Positions 28,098 through 36,456 of a stretch of 64,000 nucleotides of DNA are shown here, one piece after another (the first letter of the stretch is position 1; each line of letters opens with the position of its first letter). The notes under the pieces are model-generated. The model worked only from the letters and a program-made list of their open reading frames with translations, searched no databases and was not told where the DNA came from. The position numbers and the translations under genes are program-made. Origin of the DNA: Abditibacteriota bacterium (GTDB taxonomy: Bacteria > Armatimonadota > UBA5829); the NCBI GenBank assembly GCA_942493375.1, contig OW818698.1, forward strand, positions 3,928,946 to 3,992,945. The letters are read 5' to 3'.

Positions 28098-28697
28098 ATG
28101 AAGATCCTTCAAAAGCTGTGGGAATGGCTGTTTAGACAGATTTGTTTTGGCTTTTCGGAAAAGGAAACAAAGGAAGTTGATGAGTCACGCCTTGTTGATG
28201 ACTATTCGAAACGCCTGGATGGTTTTCGTGCTGCTGCTCAGGCGGTCATTGCTGACCATTACAGGTGCAAAATGCTTCTAGAGAGTGAACGCGTAAAACT
28301 TGAAGAGGCAAAAACTGCTGAATTGGCTGACCCTGATTCCGAAATTGCCCATAATAGGTTTATAATGAGTCAAGAAAGGGTAGAATATCTTTATAAACAG
28401 GTGGAGTTAAGTGAGATAGAGGCGAATAGAGCTCTTAGTGATCTAGAAAAGCTGGCAAATGATCTCTCAATCGTCACAATGAAGTTACATGATGCTCAAA
28501 TGGCAAAACGGGCAGCAGAGTTGCGACTTGCGTCAGAAAACTGGCGTTTGGAGTCCGAACTCGGGTTAAATAAGGAACTAAATGCACTTAACAGAATAGA
28601 ACAGGATGCAAAATATGCTCAGCGTAAGGCTGAACTGACTGCGCAGACGAATGATGTTTTGTCTGAACAGCCGGTGGATAGGAAGCAGGAGGAGTAG
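28098..28697 (+). CDS. PspA/IM30-like coiled-coil protein (putative membrane-stress effector)
   Basis: 199 aa. N-terminal amphipathic helix (KILQKLWEWLFRQI). Extended heptad-rich helices resemble the PspA architecture. Its stop lies 2 nt before the downstream NfeD-like gene. Confidence 0.4.
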   Translation: MKILQKLWEWLFRQICFGFSEKETKEVDESRLVDDYSKRLDGFRAAAQAVIADHYRCKMLLESERVKLEEAKTAELADPDSEIAHNRFIMSQERVEYLYKQVELSEIEANRALSDLEKLANDLSIVTMKLHDAQMAKRAAELRLASENWRLESELGLNKELNALNRIEQDAKYAQRKAELTAQTNDVLSEQPVDRKQEE

Positions 28698-28699
28698 AT

Positions 28700-29410
28700 A
28701 TGTCACTGCAAGACTGCTTGCAATGGTGGAATGTCATATATCTGGCACCGCTTATCATCTCATTAATATGGATTATAGCGACGACAATGGGTGGGTTGAG
28801 TTCGAGTAGCGCCGATGCTGGTGATGGAATAGATGCAGGCGACGGTGTTGATATGGGGGGTGATGGTGCGGATGTTGGTGACGGGGTCGATGGAGATGCC
28901 GGGGATGCGTCCGGACACGATGCTGATGCCGGGCACGGCTCTGATTTCGGCCACATAATGTCCCATATCTTTGGGATTGGTCAGGTTCCTTTATCCCTAT
29001 TGTTGGGCATCTATATGTTCTGCTGGGGTGCATGCGGAATGGCCATGAACCAGTTGTTCTCGGGGATGCTAAAGTATCCGGCCATCTATATCTGGCCATC
29101 ACTGGGTGCTACTTTTGTAATTAGTTTTATTGTGACGCGTTCAATGGCAGCGATTGTTGCAAAGATGATGCCTAGAGAAGAGACTTTTGGGGTTTCAAGG
29201 CAAGAATTAGTTGGTCTGACTGGCAAAGCAGTCTATGCGATAACTGCAAAAGCTGGAACAGTTGATATTAGTGATAAGTATGGCACGGTTCATCGCGAGC
29301 AGGCTAAAACTGGTGCAGGTGATGAGATAATCCCTGCAGAGACTAGGGTGTTAATTCTAGACTATGACAAGTCTGATAACAAATTCATTGTGAAAGCCGG
29401 AGGTTTCTAG
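28700..29410 (+). CDS. NfeD-like (YqiJ/YuaF-type) membrane protein, paralogue A, with an Asp/Gly-rich loop
   Basis: TM1, then loop 'SADAGDGIDAGDGVDMGGDGADVGDGVDGDAGDASGHDADAGHGSDFGH', then two TM helices. C-terminal NfeD OB-fold ('LVGLTGKAVYAITAKAGTVDISDKYGTVHREQAKT...VLILDYDKSDNKFIVK'). Confidence 0.7.
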   Translation: MSLQDCLQWWNVIYLAPLIISLIWIIATTMGGLSSSSADAGDGIDAGDGVDMGGDGADVGDGVDGDAGDASGHDADAGHGSDFGHIMSHIFGIGQVPLSLLLGIYMFCWGACGMAMNQLFSGMLKYPAIYIWPSLGATFVISFIVTRSMAAIVAKMMPREETFGVSRQELVGLTGKAVYAITAKAGTVDISDKYGTVHREQAKTGAGDEIIPAETRVLILDYDKSDNKFIVKAGGF

Positions 29411-29414
29411 GATT

Positions 29415-30050
29415 ATGGCATTCTTTTTGTTATTGATGATAATTGGATTGGCTATGGTCCTGGCGCCTTTCTTTGTTGAGGTAGCCATAATGACAAGATT
29501 ACTTCTCACGATGGTGGGTATGTTGACTACCGTGTTTGGCTTGAACTTAGTTTTGATTAACCAGTGGTACCGCAAGGCATCTGCTGATGAGGCGATTGTC
29601 CGTACTGGATCTGGAGGGACGAAGGTTGTTATTGATGGCGGAATCCTGGTGCTGTCGTTTTTGCATAAGTTGATTCGTGTGCCACTCAAGGTCAGGAAGA
29701 TTGCATTCGATCTTGCAGGATCAGATGGGTTAGTAACGAAGGATAAGCAGACATTGGAAGTGCATTCAGAGTTCTACGTGCGTGTGGGTGCCACCCCTGA
29801 GCAAGTGGAGAAAGCTTCCAGGTTGTTTGGTGAACAATCATCCAGTGACAATGTGTTCGAAGACATGGTACGAGTAAAACTTATTAACGCCATGCGCTCA
29901 GTTGCAGGTAAATATGACCAGGCTGAATTGAATTCAGATGGGGAAGCGTTTGCTGCTTCAGTGAAAGAACTTGTTGTTAAGGAAATAGAGCCGGATGGTT
30001 TAGTTCTTGAAACAGCTGCTATTTCCAAAATGCCCATAATAGGTATATAA
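29415..30050 (+). pseudogene. Truncated flotillin paralogue (N-terminal TM + partial SPFH/band-7 domain only; probable remnant of a tandem duplication)
   Basis: 211 aa that are highly similar, residue for residue, to the first ~206 aa of the 620 aa flotillin at 31070. It stops at 'ISKMPIIGI*' where the paralogue continues. It is followed by ~275 bp of AT-rich non-coding DNA. It might still be expressed as an SPFH-only protein. Confidence 0.45.
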
Positions 30051-30326
30051 TAGGTCTAAATAGGGTATAATAACATAAGATAAAGGTTTTACCTTATGAC
30101 TCTGCGGCAATCAAGCAATCGATAAATATGTTATATTGTCAACAATGATGACAAAATTAGCCGAATCGGAGAATTTGATGACTATTTGTTTTGTGTGGAC
30201 GCTATAATTACGTCTGTTTGCCTGGATTTTTGATACACGGTTCAATTGGACATTTTGCAGACAAATTGCCAGGAATGCTTAAGTGGTGTTGATTGACCTG
30301 GGGAAAGGAACTCAGAGGAGTAAGAA

Positions 30327-31025
30327 ATGACATTTGACGACTATCTTCAATGGTGGAATGTTGTGTATCTGGCGCCACTGGCCATTTCATTAATCTGGAT
30401 ATTGGCTTCAGCGATGGGTGGGATGCACGTAGGTGCTGCTCACACCGGTGGAACGCACGGAGTGGGGCATGGATTTGGTCACGGTCATGGACTGGGACAT
30501 CACCACGATATCGGCCATGCACACAATAGTGCACACTCTCATAGTGGGCATGAATCTGGGTTTTCACAGAAGGTTATGGATATTCTGGGAATTGGGCAGG
30601 TCCCCATAACTTTGCTTCTAGGCATATTCATGTTCTGCTGGGGAGCCTGTGGTATGGCGATGAACCAATTTTTCTCTGGGATAAGTAAATATCCAAACGC
30701 CTATATCTGGCCATCAATGGGCATTACATTCCTGGTAAGCTTTGTAATTACCAGGATGATGGCAGCTATAGTGGCGAGGACGCTTCCAACTGAAGAAACT
30801 TTCGGAATCTCCAGGAACGAGTTGGTCGGTTCAACTGGTAAGGCTGTATTCACTATTTCCGCAATTGGTGGGACTGTGGATATCTATGATAAATACGGAA
30901 CTGTGCACAGAGAGCAGGCCAGGACGAGTGATGAGGATGGTAATGTAATTCCGGGAACTGAAGTGCTTATTCTGGACTACGATGTTTCTGACCATAAATT
31001 TATTGTGAAAGGCGGAGAGTTCTAA
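30327..31025 (+). CDS. NfeD-like membrane protein, paralogue B, with a His/Gly-rich loop
   Basis: Same architecture as 28700..29410. The loop is 'HVGAAHTGGTHGVGHGFGHGHGLGHHHDIGHAHNSAHSHSGHESG'. RBS AGAGGAG. C-terminal OB-fold is conserved. Confidence 0.7.
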   Translation: MTFDDYLQWWNVVYLAPLAISLIWILASAMGGMHVGAAHTGGTHGVGHGFGHGHGLGHHHDIGHAHNSAHSHSGHESGFSQKVMDILGIGQVPITLLLGIFMFCWGACGMAMNQFFSGISKYPNAYIWPSMGITFLVSFVITRMMAAIVARTLPTEETFGISRNELVGSTGKAVFTISAIGGTVDIYDKYGTVHREQARTSDEDGNVIPGTEVLILDYDVSDHKFIVKGGEF

Positions 31026-31069
31026 ACTGTTTTGTTTACAACCTCCGAAAATAGAAAAGGAGAACTTCA

Positions 31070-32932
31070 ATGGGATTTTTTGTACTAATGCTGCTCGTAG
31101 GCCTCGCAATGGTTTTGGGGCCGTTCTTTGTTGAGGTCTCTACCTCGACACGATTTATCTTTCTCGGAATTGGATTAGTGTTGTCTGCGATCAGTACGAT
31201 CTTCATCGCTATCTTCCAATGGTATCAGCGAGCTTCTGCGGAAGAGGCGATTGTAAGGACAGGCTCCGGAGGAAGCAAAGTCATAATTGACGGTGGTATC
31301 CTGGTATTGCCTTTCCTGCATAAAGTTACGCGAGTGTCGTTGAAAGTCATGAAGCTTTGCTGTGTTCGCGAAGGTTCAGATGCTTTGATTACCAAAGACT
31401 ATCTGCGGTCGGACGTGCATTCTGAGTTCTATATGCGTGTTGGCGCCACACCTGAGCAGGTGCTGAATGCTGCAAGGTCGTTTGGTGAACAGTCAGGCGC
31501 TGAAGATGCCATCGACAGTAAAGTTGGAGAGAAACTGATATCAGCATTGCGTTCAGTCTCTGCAAAGCATGAACTTGCAGAACTTCACTCAGACCGTGAG
31601 AGCTTCGCTGGTTCCGTTCAGAGTGTTGTAGCCAAGGAAATAGAACCTAACGGATTGATTCTTGAAACTGTTACTATTTCCAGACTGGACCAGACTGATC
31701 CGGCACATTTGAATGATAACAACGTTTTCGACGCCCAGGGCAAACGGAAGATCACAGAGATTACTACCGCTGCAATGGTTGCCAGAAACATTCTAGAAAG
31801 AAGCGCTGAACAAGCTACTACCGAAAAGAACGTCTCTACTCGAAAGAGTGTGTTGACCATGCAGCAGGATCAGGCGTTTGCTGAAGCAGAACAGGGTATG
31901 CAGATCAACAAGATTCAAGCAGAGAAACAGCGTGAAGCTGATGTCTACCGGATCGAACAGGAAAAGCAGACTAAGCAAGCGCAGGTAGCTGCGGAGCAGG
32001 CTGTGAAGCAAGCCGATATTGCACGTGAACAGGTTGTTCAGACAACTGAGGTCGAGAAGGTCCGGCAGGTCGAAGTTGCTACCAGAGATCAGCAGATTGC
32101 TGTTACTCAGAAAGAGACTGAGAGAGCCATAACCGAGCAGGCCAGGCTTGAAGCTGAAGCTGCCAGAGAACAGGCAAACCAGAACGTCAAGACTGTCGAG
32201 ATACTTGCTGGAGCAAAACGAGACGCAGAACAGAGGCTGATTGCTGCAGAGAACGAAGCTCAACAGGCTTTGGTCCGGAAACAGAGAGAAGCTGACTCTG
32301 TGGCATATCAAAGATCTAAGGAAGCAGAAGGCGAACTGCTCGCAGCAGACAGTAGAGCTAAAGCTACTCTGAAAATGGCTGAAGCAGAATCTCAAGCTAA
32401 GAGCCAGTTGGCACAGGGTGAAAGAGATCTGCAGGTGGTTCCGGTTCAAATACTAGGTGAACAGGTTGAAGTCAGCCGAAAACAGATGGAAGTCGATAAG
32501 GCTTCTGCAGAATACAAGCAGATGTATGACAAGTCTGCCATTGAGTTTGAACTTGCAAAACTTCAGGTTGAAGCTCAGAAGCAGGTGCAGATTGCTATGG
32601 CTGGCGCGATAGGAAACTTCGCACAGCAGGGCAACTACACTGTCTATGGAACTCCTGAGACTATGGCCGACATGATGAGCAAGCTTTCAAAGGGTCTTGG
32701 GGTTGGAGCATTTGTAGACGGAATGGGTAAGAGTCTACTTGGTGGAGACGGTTCCAGAACACCTGCTGAGACTGCTGGAGACCTGGCTGATATGATAGGC
32801 GCTGTTGTTAAGAAAGTAACCGGTAAGGACATCCCGATTTCCTCGGAGATGGCTCAGCAGGTTGCAGGCCTTATAGCCAACGCAGCACCAACAATTCAAT
32901 CGGCACCGAAACAGGAAAAGCCTAAAGCTTAG
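31070..32932 (+). CDS. Flotillin-like SPFH/band-7 protein (YqiK/FloT-like) with a long Glu/Ala/Gln-rich coiled coil
   Basis: N-terminal TM hairpin. SPFH domain ('AIVRTGSGGSKVIIDGGILVLPFLHKVTRVSLKVMKL...'). ~200 aa of EA/Q-rich coiled coil. Gly-rich C-terminus. Confidence 0.8.
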   Translation: MGFFVLMLLVGLAMVLGPFFVEVSTSTRFIFLGIGLVLSAISTIFIAIFQWYQRASAEEAIVRTGSGGSKVIIDGGILVLPFLHKVTRVSLKVMKLCCVREGSDALITKDYLRSDVHSEFYMRVGATPEQVLNAARSFGEQSGAEDAIDSKVGEKLISALRSVSAKHELAELHSDRESFAGSVQSVVAKEIEPNGLILETVTISRLDQTDPAHLNDNNVFDAQGKRKITEITTAAMVARNILERSAEQATTEKNVSTRKSVLTMQQDQAFAEAEQGMQINKIQAEKQREADVYRIEQEKQTKQAQVAAEQAVKQADIAREQVVQTTEVEKVRQVEVATRDQQIAVTQKETERAITEQARLEAEAAREQANQNVKTVEILAGAKRDAEQRLIAAENEAQQALVRKQREADSVAYQRSKEAEGELLAADSRAKATLKMAEAESQAKSQLAQGERDLQVVPVQILGEQVEVSRKQMEVDKASAEYKQMYDKSAIEFELAKLQVEAQKQVQIAMAGAIGNFAQQGNYTVYGTPETMADMMSKLSKGLGVGAFVDGMGKSLLGGDGSRTPAETAGDLADMIGAVVKKVTGKDIPISSEMAQQVAGLIANAAPTIQSAPKQEKPKA

Positions 32933-32960
32933 CACATAAGGCTATATCAAGTGATAAAAG

Positions 32961-32992
32961 AAAGGCCTGCAGGTTCAAAACTGCAGGCCTTT
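32961..32992 (+). terminator. Hairpin terminator downstream of the flotillin gene
   Basis: AAAGGCCTGCAG-gttcaaaa-CTGCAGGCCTTT is a 12-bp perfect stem 29 nt after the stop. Confidence 0.55.
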
Positions 32993-33189
32993 CGCGTTCT
33001 TGGTATTCGCGATAAACTCAAGTATGACAGGAGCAAAAAACTATGATCTGAAATCTTTATATCGCAAAATGTTTAAGCTGTGATTGTAGTAGGGTAATAA
33101 TACTTCTGCTAGAGACAGCAAAGGTTCACATCTGTCAAACAGAATACTTAAGTGAATGCTTGCTTGTCACGAATCTGTAACTATTTCTA

Positions 33190-33311
33190 GGGAGCGAAAG
33201 CTCCCATCAGATAACGGGCAGGGTTCTAAGCTCTGCCCGAACATACCTGCATTGCAGTAAAGGCCCACATGCAATGCGGGACGGGCGGTGGGGCTACACG
33301 CTCCACCGCCC
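33190..33311. other. Cluster of four consecutive GC-rich hairpins (candidate small structured RNA or multi-hairpin terminator array)
   Basis: GGGAGC-GAAA-GCTCCC (33190-33205). CGGGCAGGG-ttctaag-CTCTGCCCG (33215-33239). CCTGCATTGCA-13nt-TGCAATGCGGG (33246-33280). GGGCGGTGGGGC-tacac-GCTCCACCGCCC (33283-33311). It is embedded in an otherwise AT-rich 530-bp intergenic region between convergent genes. Confidence 0.3.
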
Positions 33312-33362
33312 GACAGGAATTTGGCACTATTCGTGCTATTTGATGTAACAGTTCAGAGTTGC

Positions 33363-33446
33363 CGGAATTTGTCATCCTGAGGAACGAAGGATCTGCTTTC
33401 CATCCAGTAAAAGCAGATCCTTCGTTCCTCAGGATGACAAATTCCG
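33363..33446. repeat. Perfect 37-bp-arm inverted repeat (84 nt) immediately 3' of the spermidine-synthase-like gene
   Basis: CGGAATTTGTCATCCTGAGGAACGAAGGATCTGCTTT / loop ccatccagta / AAAGCAGATCCTTCGTTCCTCAGGATGACAAATTCCG. No mismatches. No U-tract on either strand. Confidence 0.8.
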
Positions 33447-33463
33447 ATATTACTGACCTGTTA

Positions 33464-36277
33464 CTATTTGATCAAGTCTTTTGCATGTTTTATCTTTTTA
33501 GCTATATCCACATTCCTGGGAAGCTTATTTTGTGCCGTGTTCAAAAGGTCTACTACTTTTCGGAAGTCCTGAGGAGTATATGCAGACATTGCCTGTTGCT
33601 TGCGAATTAGCTCCAGATCAGCCATTAGCTCATATGAATAGCCATCTTTTGACCCATTGAGAGCACGTGCCGCAGCCTGTGTAGCAGCAGACAAATCGGC
33701 ACTCCTGTATACCGAACCGAATGCCCATTGTTTCTCAGTATCTTCTGGCCATTTACTGACATAATACTGGAGTAGGGCCATGAGTAGTCTTGGATTGTCC
33801 ATGCGTGGATCAGAATATGCTCTGAGTATAGATAAGCAATTTTCTCTGCTCAACGGTTTTCCCTGTTGTTTGATTATACCAAGTAAATTCTTACCATTAG
33901 TGTATCTTTCATCTGACTGCCGCAAGACTTCAGCTTCCTGCCCGATATACTGAGCGTTAGGGGCCTGATATTCCAGCACCGGACGGTCGTCAGTGTTAAT
34001 TACTCCCTCGCCTGCGAATTGTTTGGCGCCTTCAGGGGAAAGCACTTGCAGCGCCAGCAGAGCATCTACTGACGTCACGTTGATGCGGTCCATATCAGCT
34101 TTGACCGTCGGTACTAGCAGACGCTGGGCAATTGCATTGTAGTCGGGTTGGAACGGCTTTCTTGAGCCGACAACGATATAGTCATTCTTAGCACCTTGGA
34201 ATATAACTGTGTATGGGAACACTTTGTGCATAGTTCGGACGATTATTCTGACAAGGTCATCAGAAATTTCATATGTGTGGAACCACTGTACGATTACACC
34301 ATCGGGCTTGAGAATGCGGTCGGCATGGTGGAAGAAATCAATTGAGAAAAGGTTTCCCATACCAGCGATCCACGGGTTTGTTGGCTCGTTGATGATCGCA
34401 TCATACTTTTTATTGGTCATAGCCAGAACAGTCCTGGCATCTTCAATTATCAGGTTCATTTTGGGATTATGCAGGACATCGTGGTTTGCATCTTTAAAGC
34501 ACTCAGCCGCACGTGCTACTGCCGGACTGATCTCGACGCAGTCCAGGTGAACATCCGGGTGAGTCACAGCACTGCCCGCAGAGACTCCACTGCCTAACCC
34601 GACCATCAATACTTCCCTGGCATCGGTTTTAAAGAGCAAAGGTAATTGGGAGACAAGCACCTGCGTTGGATTATCGAAATACTCAGAACCTTCTGCCTTA
34701 CCGTCCACAAACAGAGCGCGGTTGTAGTACCCCTTCTCCTTTGATCCGGCAGCCAATACTACAGTAGTTCCACTGCTGTTCTCTTCATAGGAAAGCATAG
34801 GCCATTCACTTAATGTGCCGGCATATTTAGCCCAACTTGTAGGAGGCTGATTGTGATGTCTGAATGTGCCTCTGGTAAATGACATCGGATTCCATTGGGG
34901 CCATGCTAATAATAGAATTACCAGCACCACACCGCTGCAAAGTGCTGTGATTCGGGTGACTCTATTGGTGTCCGTTGCCCAGAAAAGCCATATACCTATT
35001 ACCAGGTTTATGATTAAGCCAACTTCTAGTGAATGACGAAGCCCGATCATTGGTATCAGGACCATTCCCGTGAGAATTGCTCCTACCAGTGTTCCTCCGG
35101 TGTTGGCGCCGTATATAAGTCCCGAGTCCTTCCCGATATCAGTTCCGTGTCGCGCGACAGCTTTTATCGCAAGCGGCAATGTCATTCCGGAGAAAATTGT
35201 CGGAATGGTCATTACGAGGAAGCATAATGCATACTTGAACAGATCGTGAAGCCAGATGCTGCTGGGTGTCGGGTTCAGTAGATATGACCATTTCCAGAAG
35301 ATATATGGAAGCCTTTCATACATTGGAATGCTGATCATTACCATGATTCCGATAAAGGCTTCAGAGACTGCCAGCCACAGCATTGGATTGGCCCTTAACT
35401 TTGGAATGGCACCGACCAGTAGACTACCGATGGCAAGGCCGGTAATGAATGCAGCGACCATTAGGGTGAAAGAATATGTCGAACTTCCAAGAGTAAAGGC
35501 GAATATCCTGATCCACACCAGTTCATAAACCATTGATGCTAAGCCGGATAGGGCCATTGCTACTGCTATCGCTATGAACCAGGGATTGCGGGTAGCTTTT
35601 GAAACAGCAATACTTTTCTTGTCCTGGACAGGTTCAGGAACCAGGGGTTTGTATATATAAGCGAGGACAACAGCAAGCGCACCCAATGTGATGTTTACAA
35701 CACCTACAAAGTTCAATGTAGAAACCATCCCAAGTGATGGGATTAATGTGAAGCCTGCCAGTAATGCTCCAATGACTGCACCGCCGCAGTTTGAGAGATA
35801 CAGCCATTCACCTTTATCTTCATTCGATTTTTCCGGCTGGAAATGCCGCATCAAAATTGGAAAGGTTCCACCCATTAGGAATGTCGGTATGAACAGCACG
35901 ATACCGGCAGTAACCAGTTTTAATAGAGTGAGAGGTGTTCCCCCAAACTCCATTCCGGAACCGGCCCTGAGTGCCATATCCTGGATCGGGTTTATGAACA
36001 TAGGATAAGCGATGGCATACAGGCCTATAAATGCCTCCAGCAGTCCGTATACAGCCAACGGCCTGCGAAGCTTACGGGTATAATCACCCAGTGCCACACT
36101 ACCTATTGCCAGACCGCCCATGTAAACAGCCAGTACGCACATATGAGCAAGCGTCGTGTTTCCTAGGAATAAACCAAGGTATCTGGCCCAGGCAACCTCA
36201 TACACAAGACCACACGCACCACTTACTATGAAGAACAAATATGGTGGAAGAACTTTGAACCTACTAAACACTATCAA
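33464..36277 (-). CDS. Polytopic membrane protein fused to a spermidine/spermine-synthase-like domain and a C-terminal helical-repeat region (COG4262-type)
   Basis: ~12 predicted TM helices at the N-terminus. Central 'LMVGLGSGVSAGSAVTHPDVHLDCVEISPAVARAA...NLIIEDARTVL...YDAIINEPTNPWIAGMGNLFSIDFF' carries aminopropyltransferase fold motifs. C-terminal TPR-like helices. Confidence 0.65.
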   Translation of the reverse strand: MIVFSRFKVLPPYLFFIVSGACGLVYEVAWARYLGLFLGNTTLAHMCVLAVYMGGLAIGSVALGDYTRKLRRPLAVYGLLEAFIGLYAIAYPMFINPIQDMALRAGSGMEFGGTPLTLLKLVTAGIVLFIPTFLMGGTFPILMRHFQPEKSNEDKGEWLYLSNCGGAVIGALLAGFTLIPSLGMVSTLNFVGVVNITLGALAVVLAYIYKPLVPEPVQDKKSIAVSKATRNPWFIAIAVAMALSGLASMVYELVWIRIFAFTLGSSTYSFTLMVAAFITGLAIGSLLVGAIPKLRANPMLWLAVSEAFIGIMVMISIPMYERLPYIFWKWSYLLNPTPSSIWLHDLFKYALCFLVMTIPTIFSGMTLPLAIKAVARHGTDIGKDSGLIYGANTGGTLVGAILTGMVLIPMIGLRHSLEVGLIINLVIGIWLFWATDTNRVTRITALCSGVVLVILLLAWPQWNPMSFTRGTFRHHNQPPTSWAKYAGTLSEWPMLSYEENSSGTTVVLAAGSKEKGYYNRALFVDGKAEGSEYFDNPTQVLVSQLPLLFKTDAREVLMVGLGSGVSAGSAVTHPDVHLDCVEISPAVARAAECFKDANHDVLHNPKMNLIIEDARTVLAMTNKKYDAIINEPTNPWIAGMGNLFSIDFFHHADRILKPDGVIVQWFHTYEISDDLVRIIVRTMHKVFPYTVIFQGAKNDYIVVGSRKPFQPDYNAIAQRLLVPTVKADMDRINVTSVDALLALQVLSPEGAKQFAGEGVINTDDRPVLEYQAPNAQYIGQEAEVLRQSDERYTNGKNLLGIIKQQGKPLSRENCLSILRAYSDPRMDNPRLLMALLQYYVSKWPEDTEKQWAFGSVYRSADLSAATQAAARALNGSKDGYSYELMADLELIRKQQAMSAYTPQDFRKVVDLLNTAQNKLPRNVDIAKKIKHAKDLIK

Positions 36278-36456
36278 ATACGCGAGTCATTAGAACAGTA
36301 TGTCTGGTTGACCCGCTCCCTCCCAAAAGTTTTGAGCAATTAACTGATACATTATGCTTGTTAACAACCTACCGGTCAAGGTCTTTAGGATACCATTGAA
36401 CCTAGGTTTTGCCTGGTGTGGTAAAATATGCTCATAAATTGCTGGAGAGGCGCAAA

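Noticed and set aside
28588-29102. Minus-strand ORFs 28588..28956, 28763..28966 and 28773..29102 (Pro/Ser/His-rich)
   Set aside because: They are antisense to the Asp/Gly-repeat loop of NfeD copy A. They are low-complexity mirror ORFs.
31793-32449. Minus-strand ORF 31793..32449 (218 aa, Leu/Ser/Phe-rich)
   Set aside because: It is antisense to the EA/Q-rich coiled-coil region of the flotillin gene. GAA/GCA-rich coding sequence gives open antisense frames. No RBS.
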